Shown piece after piece: positions 1-10,258 of a DNA stretch of 64,000 nucleotides. Origin of the DNA: Cyanobacteria bacterium P01_A01_bin.123 (GTDB lineage Bacteria > Cyanobacteriota > Cyanobacteriia > Phormidesmidales > Phormidesmidaceae); the NCBI GenBank assembly GCA_039815185.1, contig JBCBZT010000015.1:32001-96000 (forward strand). Direction: 5' to 3'. A model generated the notes under the pieces. That model did no database searches. It was not told the DNA's origin and saw only the letters and a list, made by a program, of their open reading frames with translations. Position 1 is the stretch's first letter. Each line of letters begins with the position of its first letter. A program made the translations under genes and the position numbers.

Positions 1-1
1 T

Positions 2-184
2 GACAAAGATGCAGTTGATTTTGATCAACTACGTCGCGAGAATCTCGACAAAGATGCCCTTTCCGATGATCAGTTGGGTCAAGTCGCTGGCGGTGTCAAC
101 TTTGACCAACTGCGTCGCGAGAATCTCGACAAGGATGCCGCAAACCTTGACGAACTACGTCGCGAAAACTTGGACAAGGACTAA
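2..184 (+). CDS. 3' end of a repeat-peptide gene (5'-truncated by the window); RiPP-precursor-like, with an internal double-glycine leader motif
   Basis: Frame +2 reads DKDAVDFDQLRRENLDKDALSDDQLGQVAGGVNFDQLRRENLDKDAANLDELRRENLDKD* (TAA 182-184). The repeats differ mostly at synonymous third positions in this frame. A terminator follows. Confidence 0.8.
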   Translation, partial: DKDAVDFDQLRRENLDKDALSDDQLGQVAGGVNFDQLRRENLDKDAANLDELRRENLDKD

Positions 185-242
185 AGTCCAACCCACTTGA
201 AGCCCTATGCCATCTCGGCATCTAGTTCTCAGGTAAAGAAAC

Positions 243-277
243 CGCCCCTCAGCCAATATCGACTGAGGGGCGATTTT
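243..277 (+). terminator. Rho-independent terminator, probably bidirectional
   Basis: CGCCCCTCAG (243-252) / CTGAGGGGCG (263-272) stem, followed by ATTTT and preceded by an A-run; lies between convergent genes. Confidence 0.75.
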
Positions 278-291
278 ATGGGTAAGTGTTT

Positions 292-363
292 TATAGCGCT
301 GGCCAGATTACTTAACGTCTCTAGGATCGCTGGGATGCTCAGCACACAAGCAATCTGGCTATA
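292..363 (+). mobile_element. MITE-like dispersed repeat family A, short copy
   Basis: TATAGCGCTGGCCAGATT...GCAATCTGGCTATA; homologous to copies at 12933, 41557, 43407 and 51688. Confidence 0.7.
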
Positions 364-1515
364 TTAAATCTGGTTCAATGCCGCATCCACAGCCTTTTGC
401 TGATCGCGATGGGTAATCCAGCGGTGATAGGTACGATTGTGAACGGCTACCGAGTGACCCATCATGCGAGCTGAAACTGTGTCTGGAAGCCCCATGTGGA
501 TTGTGCGCACCGCCCAGGCATGGCGTAAATCGTAGGGAGAAAACGGCATTTTGTAGCGGCGAAATTGGGTAGACACCTGCTGACCGATGCGTTGCAGTGT
601 GGTTTGACTCAGATCGGTTTTGACGGGTGGCAGATTGATGGTTCGTAGATTGAAACGATCAATCCACTCGGGATAAAAAGGCCAGACTTCATGAAAGCCT
701 GTTTTGGTCGTTTCTTGAACGGCGATCACCGCATTGGCATCACCATGGGCTAGGGCAGTGTAGTCGCAAAAGAACACTTCGTGGTTTCTCAAGCCGTAGG
801 TGGCCAGCATCGCGTAGACAAACTGCCAAGTAGGGTTAGGAATTTGTTTGTAGCAGGCCAAAATCTGTTCATCCGTTGGCAAACGGCGCTGCTGGGTTTG
901 GCTATTGCCGTAGGTACCCCAAAAGGTTTTGAGGTCGATGGGCAATTCTAAGTTCAAGAAGTTAGCAAATGCATTCAGTGCGGTACAGCACACTTGGCGA
1001 CTGCGGGAATTGGCCCGAGTGGATTTGACCGTGGCGTAAATCAGTTCAGGTAAGTTGTGTTTGGGATGCGCTTGGGCGATCGCATTGAGTTTCCGCAAAT
1101 AGGGGGCATAAGTCTTTTCCCAAGTTGTGAGGATTGCATCAGGGCGCTTGGCCTGGGTTTTATCAGCTAAGAAATACTGATGAAAGGCCTCAATTTTCGC
1201 CACCAATTCCTGCTGTGCCAAAGGCTTGCCTCCGGCATAGAGCAAATAGGTGCGCCAATCAAAGGTTTGCTGAATCAGTTCCGCTGCAATCACCTTAGCC
1301 TGCTGTTCGATTTGCTTAAGTCCGGCTTTCGTGGCCGGAATACCCAAGGGAATACGCTGCTGGTGGGGACGCAATCGATTACTCTCAGGGCGGGGGGGCA
1401 AGGTGCCCCTGAGGTTCAACTTGGTCCCTCGCCGCTCAATCACAAGCCCTAATTGGGCTGCTTTGAGGCGGGCGTTGACTTGATCAATTTGGCGGTTCAC
1501 ATCGAAGACTGGCAT
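364..1515 (-). CDS. Tyrosine recombinase, cyanobacterial XisA/XisC-like site-specific integrase
   Basis: TYGLRNHE (catalytic R), TKTG (K), YDLRHAWA and MMGHS..VHNRTY (H, Y) motifs; N-terminal ERRGTKLNLRGTLPPRP arm. Confidence 0.85.
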   Translation of the reverse strand: MPVFDVNRQIDQVNARLKAAQLGLVIERRGTKLNLRGTLPPRPESNRLRPHQQRIPLGIPATKAGLKQIEQQAKVIAAELIQQTFDWRTYLLYAGGKPLAQQELVAKIEAFHQYFLADKTQAKRPDAILTTWEKTYAPYLRKLNAIAQAHPKHNLPELIYATVKSTRANSRSRQVCCTALNAFANFLNLELPIDLKTFWGTYGNSQTQQRRLPTDEQILACYKQIPNPTWQFVYAMLATYGLRNHEVFFCDYTALAHGDANAVIAVQETTKTGFHEVWPFYPEWIDRFNLRTINLPPVKTDLSQTTLQRIGQQVSTQFRRYKMPFSPYDLRHAWAVRTIHMGLPDTVSARMMGHSVAVHNRTYHRWITHRDQQKAVDAALNQI

Positions 1516-1775
1516 CAAAGACTAAATCACCTGCAGTTTAACTAGGGGTAGTGAATCATAGAGCGTCCGCGACAATATTTTGAATAGTCTTTAATAGCGG
1601 TTAAGATTGTCTATACTGCACCGTTTAATCCCATCATCCAATTTGCTTAAATGGACTTAAAGACGAAGTCCATCGTTACAGTTATACACAAATGTAATCA
1701 GGTCTACGAAGTTATCTGATTGGGTTGTTACAATCGGAAAAGAATGTTAAGAGATTTAGGAAGTCGGGAATCATT

Positions 1776-2939
1776 ATGGGGCGAGTAGGGGTTCTGTTGC
1801 TAAATTTGGGCGGGCCGGAGCAATTAGAAGACGTACGCCCGTTTCTGTTTAATCTATTTGCGGATCCTGAAATCATCCGCTTACCGTTTCCTTGGTTGCA
1901 GAAGCCCCTGGCTTGGCTCATTTCAACCAACCGGGCCAAAACATCTCAAGAAAACTACAAGCAGATTGGTGGGGGTTCTCCGTTACGCAGGATCACAGAG
2001 GAACAAGCCACTGCGTTGAAGCATTCCTTGGTAGACAAAGGTCACGAGGCTGAAATCTATGTTGGCATGCGGTATTGGTATCCATTTACCGAAGAAGCGA
2101 TCGCGCGGATTAAACGCGATGGGATCGACCAATTGGTGATTTTGCCCCTGTACCCTCAGTTTTCCATTAGCACCAGTGGATCTAGCTTTCGGTTGCTAGA
2201 GCAAATTTGGCTGGACGACCCAACCCTGGATCGAATTAACTACACTGTGATTCCTTCTTGGTACAATCGCCCCGGCTATGTTGACGCCATGGCTGATCTG
2301 ATTCGCCAAGAACTTGACAAACTCCCCAATCCTGACCAAGGCCATATTTTCTTCAGTGCCCACGGCGTCCCAGTGAGCTATGTCGAAGAGGTGGGTGACC
2401 CCTATCAGCAGGAAATTGAACACTGCACTGAGTTGATCATGCGGTCGTTAAATCGGCCCAATGCCCATACCTTGGCTTATCAAAGTCGGGTAGGTCCGGT
2501 GGAGTGGCTACAGCCCTATACTGAAGATGCCATTGAGACCTTGGCTGAGGAGGGAGTCAATACGCTAGTAGTGGTTCCTATTAGCTTTGTCTCAGAGCAC
2601 ATTGAGACCCTACAAGAAATTGATATCGAGTATCGGGAAATTGCTGAAGAAGCCGGGATTGAAAACTTCTGTCGGGTGCCTGCACTCAATACCCACTCAG
2701 GCTTTATCAACGATATGGCTGATATGGTTTTAGAGGCCATGGAGTCCCCGCGTAAACGCTTCTCTCAAGTCGTACATCCCGACAAGCGAGTTAAGATTTA
2801 TCCCCCAGAGCGTTCTGCTTGGGGGATGACCCCCATTGCCGAGATTTGGAACGGGCGACTGGCAATGGTTGGATTCTTAGCCCTGCTATTAGAACTGGTC
2901 AGTGGTCACGGACCTCTTCATTTAGCGGGATTGCTATAG
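1776..2939 (+). CDS. hemH: Ferrochelatase with C-terminal CAB/HLIP domain
   Basis: [38 protein letters not shown] and [11 protein letters not shown] motifs; C-terminal [12 protein letters not shown] motif; ATG at 1776. Confidence 0.97.
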   Translation: MGRVGVLLLNLGGPEQLEDVRPFLFNLFADPEIIRLPFPWLQKPLAWLISTNRAKTSQENYKQIGGGSPLRRITEEQATALKHSLVDKGHEAEIYVGMRYWYPFTEEAIARIKRDGIDQLVILPLYPQFSISTSGSSFRLLEQIWLDDPTLDRINYTVIPSWYNRPGYVDAMADLIRQELDKLPNPDQGHIFFSAHGVPVSYVEEVGDPYQQEIEHCTELIMRSLNRPNAHTLAYQSRVGPVEWLQPYTEDAIETLAEEGVNTLVVVPISFVSEHIETLQEIDIEYREIAEEAGIENFCRVPALNTHSGFINDMADMVLEAMESPRKRFSQVVHPDKRVKIYPPERSAWGMTPIAEIWNGRLAMVGFLALLLELVSGHGPLHLAGLL

Positions 2940-3032
2940 CGCTTATTGACAGTAGCCCAGTCCCTGGCATCATAGGGGGGCACCGTTCGACTAGAACGCG
3001 TGGCTCTGGCTCAGTTGTCTTTCAAGATCGCC

Positions 3033-4421
3033 ATGGTTAATTGGGTTTGGCAAGGGTTCACCCTAAATCGATTCGCGTTAGAACAGTGGCGCGAAGTCAG
3101 TTACTTGCATCGGGTTTTAACCCCGTTTCGCAGTTGGCGTCAGGGCAGTTGGCTGTTGCAGTGGGCTGATTTGATCGGTCTTCTGCTGATTGCCTTGGTG
3201 TTTGCCCTAGCGCCCTTTGTCTCCACTGCATTGACTGGGGTGTTGCTGATCGCCTGTGGCGGCTTTTGGCTGCTGCTGACCCTTTCTGATGACGCGATCG
3301 CTGGGTTGACCCCCATTCACCTCATGGTGGTGCTGTATTGGGGGGTGATGGTATTGGCGACTGCCGTTTCTCCCGTGAAGGCAGCAGCCATCCAAGGATT
3401 AATTAAGCTGACGCTCAACCTCCTGTTGTTTTTACTCATGGCGCGGGTATTGCGACAGCCCCAGTGGCGGGTTGGCTTGACCGGGGTGTATCTGCTAACG
3501 GCTTTGGTCGTATCAGTTTATGGGTTACGGCAGTGGTTCTTTGGGGTTGAAGCTTTAGCGACCTGGGTCGACCCAGAATCTACCCTGGCCGACACAACCC
3601 GGGTCTATAGCTATCTGGGCAATCCCAACCTGCTGGCGGGATACTTAATTCCGGCAATCATGTTCAGTGGGACAGCGATATTTGCTTGGCCCCGCTGGGT
3701 GCCGAAACTGCTGGCGGCTGTGATGGTGATGGTGAATACGGCCTGCCTGGTTTTGACGTTTAGCCGGGGTGGCTGGATTGGGTTTGTAGTGGCGGGATTT
3801 GTCATGTTGGCGCTACTGGTTCATTGGTGGAGCCGGGGATTTAATGCCCGCTGGCGGCAGTTAGCCCTACCGTTGTTTTTAGGGAGCGCGGCGGCGTTTG
3901 TCGTCGCAGCTGTGATGGTGGTTGATCCCCTACGCGATCGCGTCATGAGTATTTTTGTGGGTCGCGAAGACAGCAGCAACAACTTTCGCATCAATGTGTG
4001 GGCAGCGGTGGTTAATATGATCCGCGATCGCCCTATTCTTGGAATTGGCCCTGGCAATGATGCCTTCAACCAGGTGTATCCCATCTATGCCCGACCTAAC
4101 TATACGGCCCTGAGTGCCTACTCAGTTTTCTTAGAAATTGCGGTAGAGGCGGGGTTGATCGGTTTGGGCTGCTTCATCTGGATGATGCTGGTGGTCTTTA
4201 CCCAGGGTTGGCAACAGATTCAGCGGCTGCGAGAAGCGGTGGATAGTCAGGGGTATTGGCTGATTGCGGCGATCGCGTCTCAAGCCGGCATGTTGATGCA
4301 CGGCTTGGTCGATACCGTATGGTATCGCCCGCAAATTAGCACGTTATGGTGGCTGATGATGGCCCTTGTGGCTAGCTACTATGCGATTACACCCCGCCGA
4401 GAATGGCGGGTTCAAACATAA
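3033..4421 (+). CDS. ictB: IctB-family O-antigen-ligase-like membrane protein
   Basis: Polytopic; RVYSYLGNPNLLAGYL, TFSRGGWIG, GREDSSNNFRINVW, GIGPGN and DTVWYRP motifs. Confidence 0.9.
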   Translation: MVNWVWQGFTLNRFALEQWREVSYLHRVLTPFRSWRQGSWLLQWADLIGLLLIALVFALAPFVSTALTGVLLIACGGFWLLLTLSDDAIAGLTPIHLMVVLYWGVMVLATAVSPVKAAAIQGLIKLTLNLLLFLLMARVLRQPQWRVGLTGVYLLTALVVSVYGLRQWFFGVEALATWVDPESTLADTTRVYSYLGNPNLLAGYLIPAIMFSGTAIFAWPRWVPKLLAAVMVMVNTACLVLTFSRGGWIGFVVAGFVMLALLVHWWSRGFNARWRQLALPLFLGSAAAFVVAAVMVVDPLRDRVMSIFVGREDSSNNFRINVWAAVVNMIRDRPILGIGPGNDAFNQVYPIYARPNYTALSAYSVFLEIAVEAGLIGLGCFIWMMLVVFTQGWQQIQRLREAVDSQGYWLIAAIASQAGMLMHGLVDTVWYRPQISTLWWLMMALVASYYAITPRREWRVQT

Positions 4422-4480
4422 TTCATGGTTGGCAATTGAATTTGAGTAGTATGCTAGTTGGTGCATAAGAGCACTGAGCT

Positions 4481-5653
4481 ATGAGCGCACATCAATCCCG
4501 CGGATCGCTTCAAGATAAACCCCTCTGGCTGTTAATTGGCGCATTATTATTTGTTGGCGGAGTAACATTTTGGACAGCGCGATCGCTGATCCAAACCCGT
4601 CAGGCTACTGAAGACGAAATTGTCATACCACCCCCCCAACAGGTCAGCGTTGCCGCTTTAGGTCGCATCGAGCCCCAGGGGCGAGTTGTGGATGTGGCGA
4701 CCTCAGAAAATGGTCGCCTCGATCGATTGTTGGTGAATGAAGGCGATCAAGTTAAAGCGGGCGATATTCTAGCTTACTTGGATCTCTACAGTGTGCGATT
4801 AGCCGAACGCGACTACGCTGCCAGCCAACTCTCAGAAGCTCAAGCCCTGCTAGAAGCTGAAACCTCTGCAGGACAGGCTCAAATTCAAGAAACGGTTACT
4901 CGGATCGGCCAACTCGATCGGCCCCAAGCCTATGCCATTGACGCTCAAAAGGCCGCTGTGGAAAGCTTAAGGGCTGAACTTAATCTTGCCAAGCTCGATC
5001 TCAACCGCACCCAGCAGCTCTATCAACAGGGCGCGATCGCTGAGCAAGACCTCGACCGTCAACGGGCCACTGTTGATCGCCTGACTCAAGATTTAGAGAA
5101 CGCGATCGCCACCCAACTGCGACTTGAAACCAACCGGACTGCCGATCTTGACAACGCCATCGCTCAAGTGGGCACTGCCGAAGCCAACATGCAACGCTCC
5201 CAAGTTGATGTAAAAGTTGATTCAGCCGCTCGCAACCTGGCCTTAGCAGAGTCTCGTTTAGAGTTGACCCTTGTCCGTGCGCCTCAAAACGGTCAAATAT
5301 TGCAGATTTTTGCCGAACCGGGTGAAGCGGTCTCAACGACTAATCCCCTGATGGCCTTGGGCAATACCGACCAAATGACAGTCGTGGCCGAGGTGTACGA
5401 AAGTGATGTGGGCCTGGTAGAGGTGGATCAAAAAGCCACCATCACCAGCCGCAACGGTGCTTTTGAAGAAACCTTAGTGGGCACCGTTGAACAAATTGGA
5501 CTGCAAATTTTCAAAAATGACGTTCTTGATGATGACCCCGCTGCCAACGCCGATGCTCGGGTGGTCGAAGTCCGTATTCGCATTGAGCAAAGCGATGTGG
5601 TGAAGCAGCTTACCAATTTACAGGTCGATGTGGTGATCGACATTGAGTCCTAA
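4481..5653 (+). CDS. devB: DevB-family membrane fusion protein (HlyD)
   Basis: N-terminal TM, ALGRIEPQG, LLVNEGDQVKAG, coiled coil, AEVYESD, DARVVEVRI and TNLQVDV. Confidence 0.9.
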   Translation: MSAHQSRGSLQDKPLWLLIGALLFVGGVTFWTARSLIQTRQATEDEIVIPPPQQVSVAALGRIEPQGRVVDVATSENGRLDRLLVNEGDQVKAGDILAYLDLYSVRLAERDYAASQLSEAQALLEAETSAGQAQIQETVTRIGQLDRPQAYAIDAQKAAVESLRAELNLAKLDLNRTQQLYQQGAIAEQDLDRQRATVDRLTQDLENAIATQLRLETNRTADLDNAIAQVGTAEANMQRSQVDVKVDSAARNLALAESRLELTLVRAPQNGQILQIFAEPGEAVSTTNPLMALGNTDQMTVVAEVYESDVGLVEVDQKATITSRNGAFEETLVGTVEQIGLQIFKNDVLDDDPAANADARVVEVRIRIEQSDVVKQLTNLQVDVVIDIES

Positions 5654-5682
5654 GCCTCATCGGATGGGAAACGTAGGAATTT

Positions 5683-6831
5683 ATGGGTCGTACTCCCCTG
5701 GCACTCTACAATCTGCTCCACGATCGGACCCGGCTAGTCGTGGCGATTTTTGGGGTGGCCTTCGCTGTACTGCTGATTTTTATGAATTTGGGGTTTCGCG
5801 GGGCGCTACTTTCTACGGCTACCAACATCTACACCCAAATCAATGCCGATATCTTTTTAATCTCTCCTCAATCCTTAGAACTTAGCTCCACTACGACCTT
5901 TCCCCGAGAGAGGTTATATCAAGCGGCGGGCATTGAAGGGGTGGTTCAGGTGATGCCCCTCTATTCAGAATATTTGCTTTGGCGCAACCCAGAGACGCGC
6001 ATCAGCCGGGCCATGTTTGTTTACGGCATTAACCCCAGTGACCCCGTGTTTCTGATGCCCGAAATGCAGACGGCAGCGGCCATCAATCTCCTGCAAAAAC
6101 CCGATGCTGTGTTCATCGATACGCTCTCTCGACCCGAATTTGGTCCCCAAACCACTGGATTAGAAACGGAAGCCGACCGCCGTCGCGTCACTATCGTCGG
6201 TCAATATACCCTAGGCGGCGGTTTTGCTGCCGACGGTACGCTAATTATGAGCGATCAAAATTTTCGTCGTCTCTTTTCCCCCCGCCCCCTAGATCAAATC
6301 GATGTTGGGTTGATTCGTTTGGCACCGGGTGCTGATATTGCCCGAGTCGCCGCTGCATTAGCTGATCACCTGCCAAAGGACGTGACTGTTTATACCAAGG
6401 CAGACGCGATTGTCAATGACCAAAAATATTGGCTAGAAACAACCGCTATTGGCTTTATTTTTGGCCTCGGGGTCACGGTGTCGTTCATTGTTGGCACCGT
6501 GATTGTGTACCAGATTCTTTACACCGATATTCGCGACCACCTGCCAGAGTACGCCACCTTGAAAGCCATGGGCTATCGCAATTTCTATCTGTTTCAACTG
6601 GTTTTGCAAGAGTCCGTGATTTTAGCCTTTATGGGCTATATTCCAGGGTTGATTGCCTCACTGGGGCTTTATCAACTGACGGTTAATGCCACCGCAGGCA
6701 GCTTACCCGTTACCATGAATCTACCCCGGCTGGTTTTCGTGTTTATGCTGACGTTTGTGATGTGTAGTGGTTCGGGGTTGATTTCGGTACGGCGGGCCAT
6801 GACTGCCGATCCGGCTGATGTATTTGCGTGA
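5683..6831 (+). CDS. devC: DevC-family ABC exporter permease, copy 1
   Basis: GVAFAVLLIFM, YQILYTDI..HLPEYATLKAMGY and C-terminal ADPADVF. Confidence 0.9.
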   Translation: MGRTPLALYNLLHDRTRLVVAIFGVAFAVLLIFMNLGFRGALLSTATNIYTQINADIFLISPQSLELSSTTTFPRERLYQAAGIEGVVQVMPLYSEYLLWRNPETRISRAMFVYGINPSDPVFLMPEMQTAAAINLLQKPDAVFIDTLSRPEFGPQTTGLETEADRRRVTIVGQYTLGGGFAADGTLIMSDQNFRRLFSPRPLDQIDVGLIRLAPGADIARVAAALADHLPKDVTVYTKADAIVNDQKYWLETTAIGFIFGLGVTVSFIVGTVIVYQILYTDIRDHLPEYATLKAMGYRNFYLFQLVLQESVILAFMGYIPGLIASLGLYQLTVNATAGSLPVTMNLPRLVFVFMLTFVMCSGSGLISVRRAMTADPADVFA

Positions 6832-6843
6832 AGGGGCCAGCCC

Positions 6844-8016
6844 ATGTGGAAACGTACGCCTCTAGCCCTGCTCAACCTAACTCACGATCGGCGTAAATTT
6901 GTGACCTCGTTGGCCGGGGTTGCCTTTGCCGTCCTGCTGATGTTTTTGTTCACCGGGTTTAAAAACGCCCTGTATGACAGTCAACTCCAACTGCTCACCA
7001 AGCTCAACGGCGAGATCGTGATGATCAATCGGCTCAAATCAAACATGTTTGTGCCGATTTCCTTTGCCCGTCGTCGGCTGTATCAAGCTCGGTCCTTTGA
7101 AGGGGTAGAGGCAGCCTACGCGCTCTATACCAGCGATGCCAACTGGCAAAATCCTGAAACCCAAAAGACTCGCCCCGTCAGAGTGCTAGCGTTTAATCTA
7201 GCCGATCCGGTGTTGCCGTTGCCGGACGTGACGGCCAGTTTAGAGAGGCTACAGTTGCCCAATACTGCCTTAATTGATACTCGAGCGCGGGCTGAAGTCG
7301 GCCCTACAGAAACGGGCATCATCACCCAACTGGCAGATCGGGAAATCCGCATCGTGGGCACCTTTAGCTTGGGTACAGACTTTGCCTCAGGCAATGGTAA
7401 TTTGATCATGAGCGATCAAAACTTCTTGCGCTACTTTGCCAATCGAGGCCCATCGGAAGATGAACGCAGTTTTGCTACCGCCGATGTAGGTTTGATCAAG
7501 CTCAAACCTGGGGTAGATGTCCAACAGTTAGCCACGACCCTCAGCGAAAATCTGCCCAACGATGTGCTCATATTGCCGCGAGATGGCCCCGGAGGATTTG
7601 TCATACGCGAGCGGCAGTATTGGGAAGAAAATACCAACATTGGCTTTGTGTTTTCGCTGCTGACGGCTATGAGCTTTGTGGTTGGCATTATTTTGGTTTA
7701 TCAAATTCTCTATACCGATGTGGCTGATCACTGGAAGGAATATGCCACGCTAAAGGCCATGGGTTATACCAACTGGTTTTTGCTAGGCATCGTCGTTCAA
7801 GAAGCGCTGTTTTTGTCGGTGTTGGGGTTTATTCCGGGGGCCTGCGTGGGCATGTTGCTCTATCGAGGAGCCGGAAATGCGACGGGGTTATTGTTTCAAC
7901 TCACGACAGAACGGGTGGTAAATATCTTGATTCTCACCTTCGTGATGTGTTTGATTTCGGCAGTAATTGCCGTCCGTAAAGTGCAAGCGGCCGATCCGGC
8001 GGAGGTGTTTTCTTAA
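6844..8016 (+). CDS. devC: DevC-family ABC exporter permease, copy 2
   Basis: GVAFAVLLMF, YQILYTDVADHWKEYATLKAMGY and ADPAEVF. Confidence 0.9.
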   Translation: MWKRTPLALLNLTHDRRKFVTSLAGVAFAVLLMFLFTGFKNALYDSQLQLLTKLNGEIVMINRLKSNMFVPISFARRRLYQARSFEGVEAAYALYTSDANWQNPETQKTRPVRVLAFNLADPVLPLPDVTASLERLQLPNTALIDTRARAEVGPTETGIITQLADREIRIVGTFSLGTDFASGNGNLIMSDQNFLRYFANRGPSEDERSFATADVGLIKLKPGVDVQQLATTLSENLPNDVLILPRDGPGGFVIRERQYWEENTNIGFVFSLLTAMSFVVGIILVYQILYTDVADHWKEYATLKAMGYTNWFLLGIVVQEALFLSVLGFIPGACVGMLLYRGAGNATGLLFQLTTERVVNILILTFVMCLISAVIAVRKVQAADPAEVFS

Positions 8017-8870
8017 TGGAACCTGTTTCAAATCCCCCGGCTCAATTTCACAATGCTGCCCCTGGTGACCCTCAGTTGCGTCAACTAGGGGCTGACCAGT
8101 CCCCGGCTCACGCTGAACAATTACCCAAAGACTCAGAACTGGCGGTTAAAATTCGAGGACTGAACTACTACTTTGGCCGGGGCGATTTGCGTAAGCAAGT
8201 GCTCTACAATATCGATCTCGATTTGCCCCGAGGACAGATCGTGATTATGACCGGGCCTTCAGGGTCGGGAAAAACGACGCTTTTAACCTTGATTGGGGCG
8301 CTACGCTCTGCTCGGGAGGGCAGCCTTGAGGTATTAAGCCGAGAAATTATTGGTTTGGCCAAGCACCAGCTGGTGGAAGTCCGGCGCAATATTGGGTTTA
8401 TCTTTCAAGCTCACAATTTATTTGAATCTCTGACAGCGGTTCAAAATGTTGAGATGGCAGTGGAGCTAATTGGACAGTTTAAAGATAAGCGCACGCAGGC
8501 GACTGCTATCCTCAACCAAATTGGGTTGAGCGATCGCGTCAAGTACAAACCAGAAGCACTTTCTGGGGGGCAAAAACAGCGGGTTGCCATTGCTCGGGCT
8601 CTTGTTAATCAGCCCCAGTTGATTTTGGCTGACGAACCCACCGCCGCGCTCGACAAAAAATCAGGCCGAGACGTGGTCACGTTGATGCAAACCTTGGCTA
8701 GGGAACAAAACCGCACTATCTTAATGGTGACCCACGACAACCGCATTTTGGACGTGGCCCATCGCATCATAAACCTGGTCGATGGCCACCTCGAATCCGA
8801 TGAAAATCTAGCCCAGTTTGTGCAAACTCACGACCCCAAAACCCTCGATCGTCGAATGTTTATTCTATAA
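8016..8870 (+). CDS. devA: DevA-family ABC ATPase
   Basis: Walker A GPSGSGKTT, signature LSGGQKQR, Walker B LILADEPT, VTHDNRI. Confidence 0.93.
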   Translation: MEPVSNPPAQFHNAAPGDPQLRQLGADQSPAHAEQLPKDSELAVKIRGLNYYFGRGDLRKQVLYNIDLDLPRGQIVIMTGPSGSGKTTLLTLIGALRSAREGSLEVLSREIIGLAKHQLVEVRRNIGFIFQAHNLFESLTAVQNVEMAVELIGQFKDKRTQATAILNQIGLSDRVKYKPEALSGGQKQRVAIARALVNQPQLILADEPTAALDKKSGRDVVTLMQTLAREQNRTILMVTHDNRILDVAHRIINLVDGHLESDENLAQFVQTHDPKTLDRRMFIL

Positions 8871-8874
8871 AGCA

Positions 8875-9354
8875 ATGCCCATTGATTTTGCTAACCCGGT
8901 TCAAGCCACGACTTACACCAAAGTCGCCGACTACCTCAATGGGTCGTCCCTATTTAAACCATCGTTGCGGACCTACGACGGCCAGCCCAAATTTGATATC
9001 CTCTACGGTTCAACTTTAGTGGAAATTGAGGTATTGCCCTGGGAAGTTCATCCCTGGGAAGAAGCTGACCTAGCCACGGTTAGAGCCACAAGCTGCGTCA
9101 CCATTGGTAGCCACATCAATGCCGATTTGATGCATTTTTTGCTCACTGAAAATCGACGTATGCGCTTTGGGGCCTTTAATTTAGACGACGCCGGACAAGT
9201 TCTTTTTGCTGAAAGTGTCCTGGGGGGCGACAGTATGGATCTAATGGAACTGCAAACCTGCATTTTGTCAGTTGTCACCATTGCCGATACCTACGATGAC
9301 CTGATCGCCGAGAAGTTTGGTGGAAAGCGGGCAGTAGATTTGCTATCCGCGTAG
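8875..9354 (+). CDS. YbjN/T3SS-chaperone-like domain protein
   Basis: Acidic ~159 aa; LLTEN..MRFGAF and IADTYDDLIAEKFGG patterns; ATG at 8875. Confidence 0.7.
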   Translation: MPIDFANPVQATTYTKVADYLNGSSLFKPSLRTYDGQPKFDILYGSTLVEIEVLPWEVHPWEEADLATVRATSCVTIGSHINADLMHFLLTENRRMRFGAFNLDDAGQVLFAESVLGGDSMDLMELQTCILSVVTIADTYDDLIAEKFGGKRAVDLLSA

Positions 9355-10258
9355 GGGGAAGCGCTGCTAGCCTATATCGGCTTGGCAATGCTGATTCGGA
9401 TGCGCTGGGGTATTTGCTAAGCGGCGTTGAAGATAGCTATATTTGCGTGGTGCTCATATGATCATCAGCAAATTCTCAGAACAAACCGCTAGTATTGATC
9501 GTCATAAACCCCATCCGATTGGCAAACTTGAGTTTTGAGCTGAGGGAAGAACCCTTGAGCTTGTGGCTCGGGAGGGCTACGGATCTAGATGTGGCGGGTT
9601 TAGTTGTTAGTCATCAGCTGTGGCTTAGGGTCTAGACCAATCGCGTTCAAACCGCAATTGACCAACCGGCTCGGGTCGAAATGGCTGAATTAAGCTGTGC
9701 TGTGAGAGAACGTTCGGTTTTCTGGTTAGGGTTAACCGCCCATATTCACTTTGTTGAGTATGGGATTATATGTTCAAATGACTTTTCCAGAAACTGACAT
9801 TGACACTCGAATTAAGAGGAACTTGGAACCATTGCCCTTTACGGCATCGATAGATTGCCATATTATGGAGAAACAAACTCATAACGATTTCGACTTTGAG
9901 ATTTTAGCGTTTGGATGTGCCAGATAGTTTTATCTGTATGCTTAACTAGCCAAATAAACGCCTTGAGTTTTAGGAACACCAAGCAAGTGCTGTGTGAGGT
10001 CTGTTGACATCGGTGTTTCAAACTTAGTTAGCAATCTATGCTCTGCAACCCTGATCCGGTTCTGTTTAAGACTGACACTTTCCTATGATCTAAGCTAACA
10101 GACCTGGACTCGGATAAGGATTTAGATGGTCTTATTCAGGTAGTGCTTGCTTAGCAGCACTTAAACGTTCTGCCATTGATCACCGCAATGGTTGGTTCCC
10201 AATTTCTTTGCATTCGCTCAAGACACAGTCAGCATTTCCAGCGGAGGCGATTGATTCC

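Noticed and set aside
2..184. Possible CRISPR array from the DNA repeats
   Set aside because: The repeats are codon-degenerate and in frame, without unique equal-length spacers; no cas genes in the window.
9..200. 63-aa ORF-track protein with repeated NYVARIST
   Set aside because: Shadow frame. The repeats vary synonymously in frame +2, which also carries a recognisable leader motif.
364..1515. Recombinase as the IntI for the cassette array
   Set aside because: It lies 14 kb away, its motifs are XisA/XisC-like, and I see no IntI-type HTLRHSFATHLL box.
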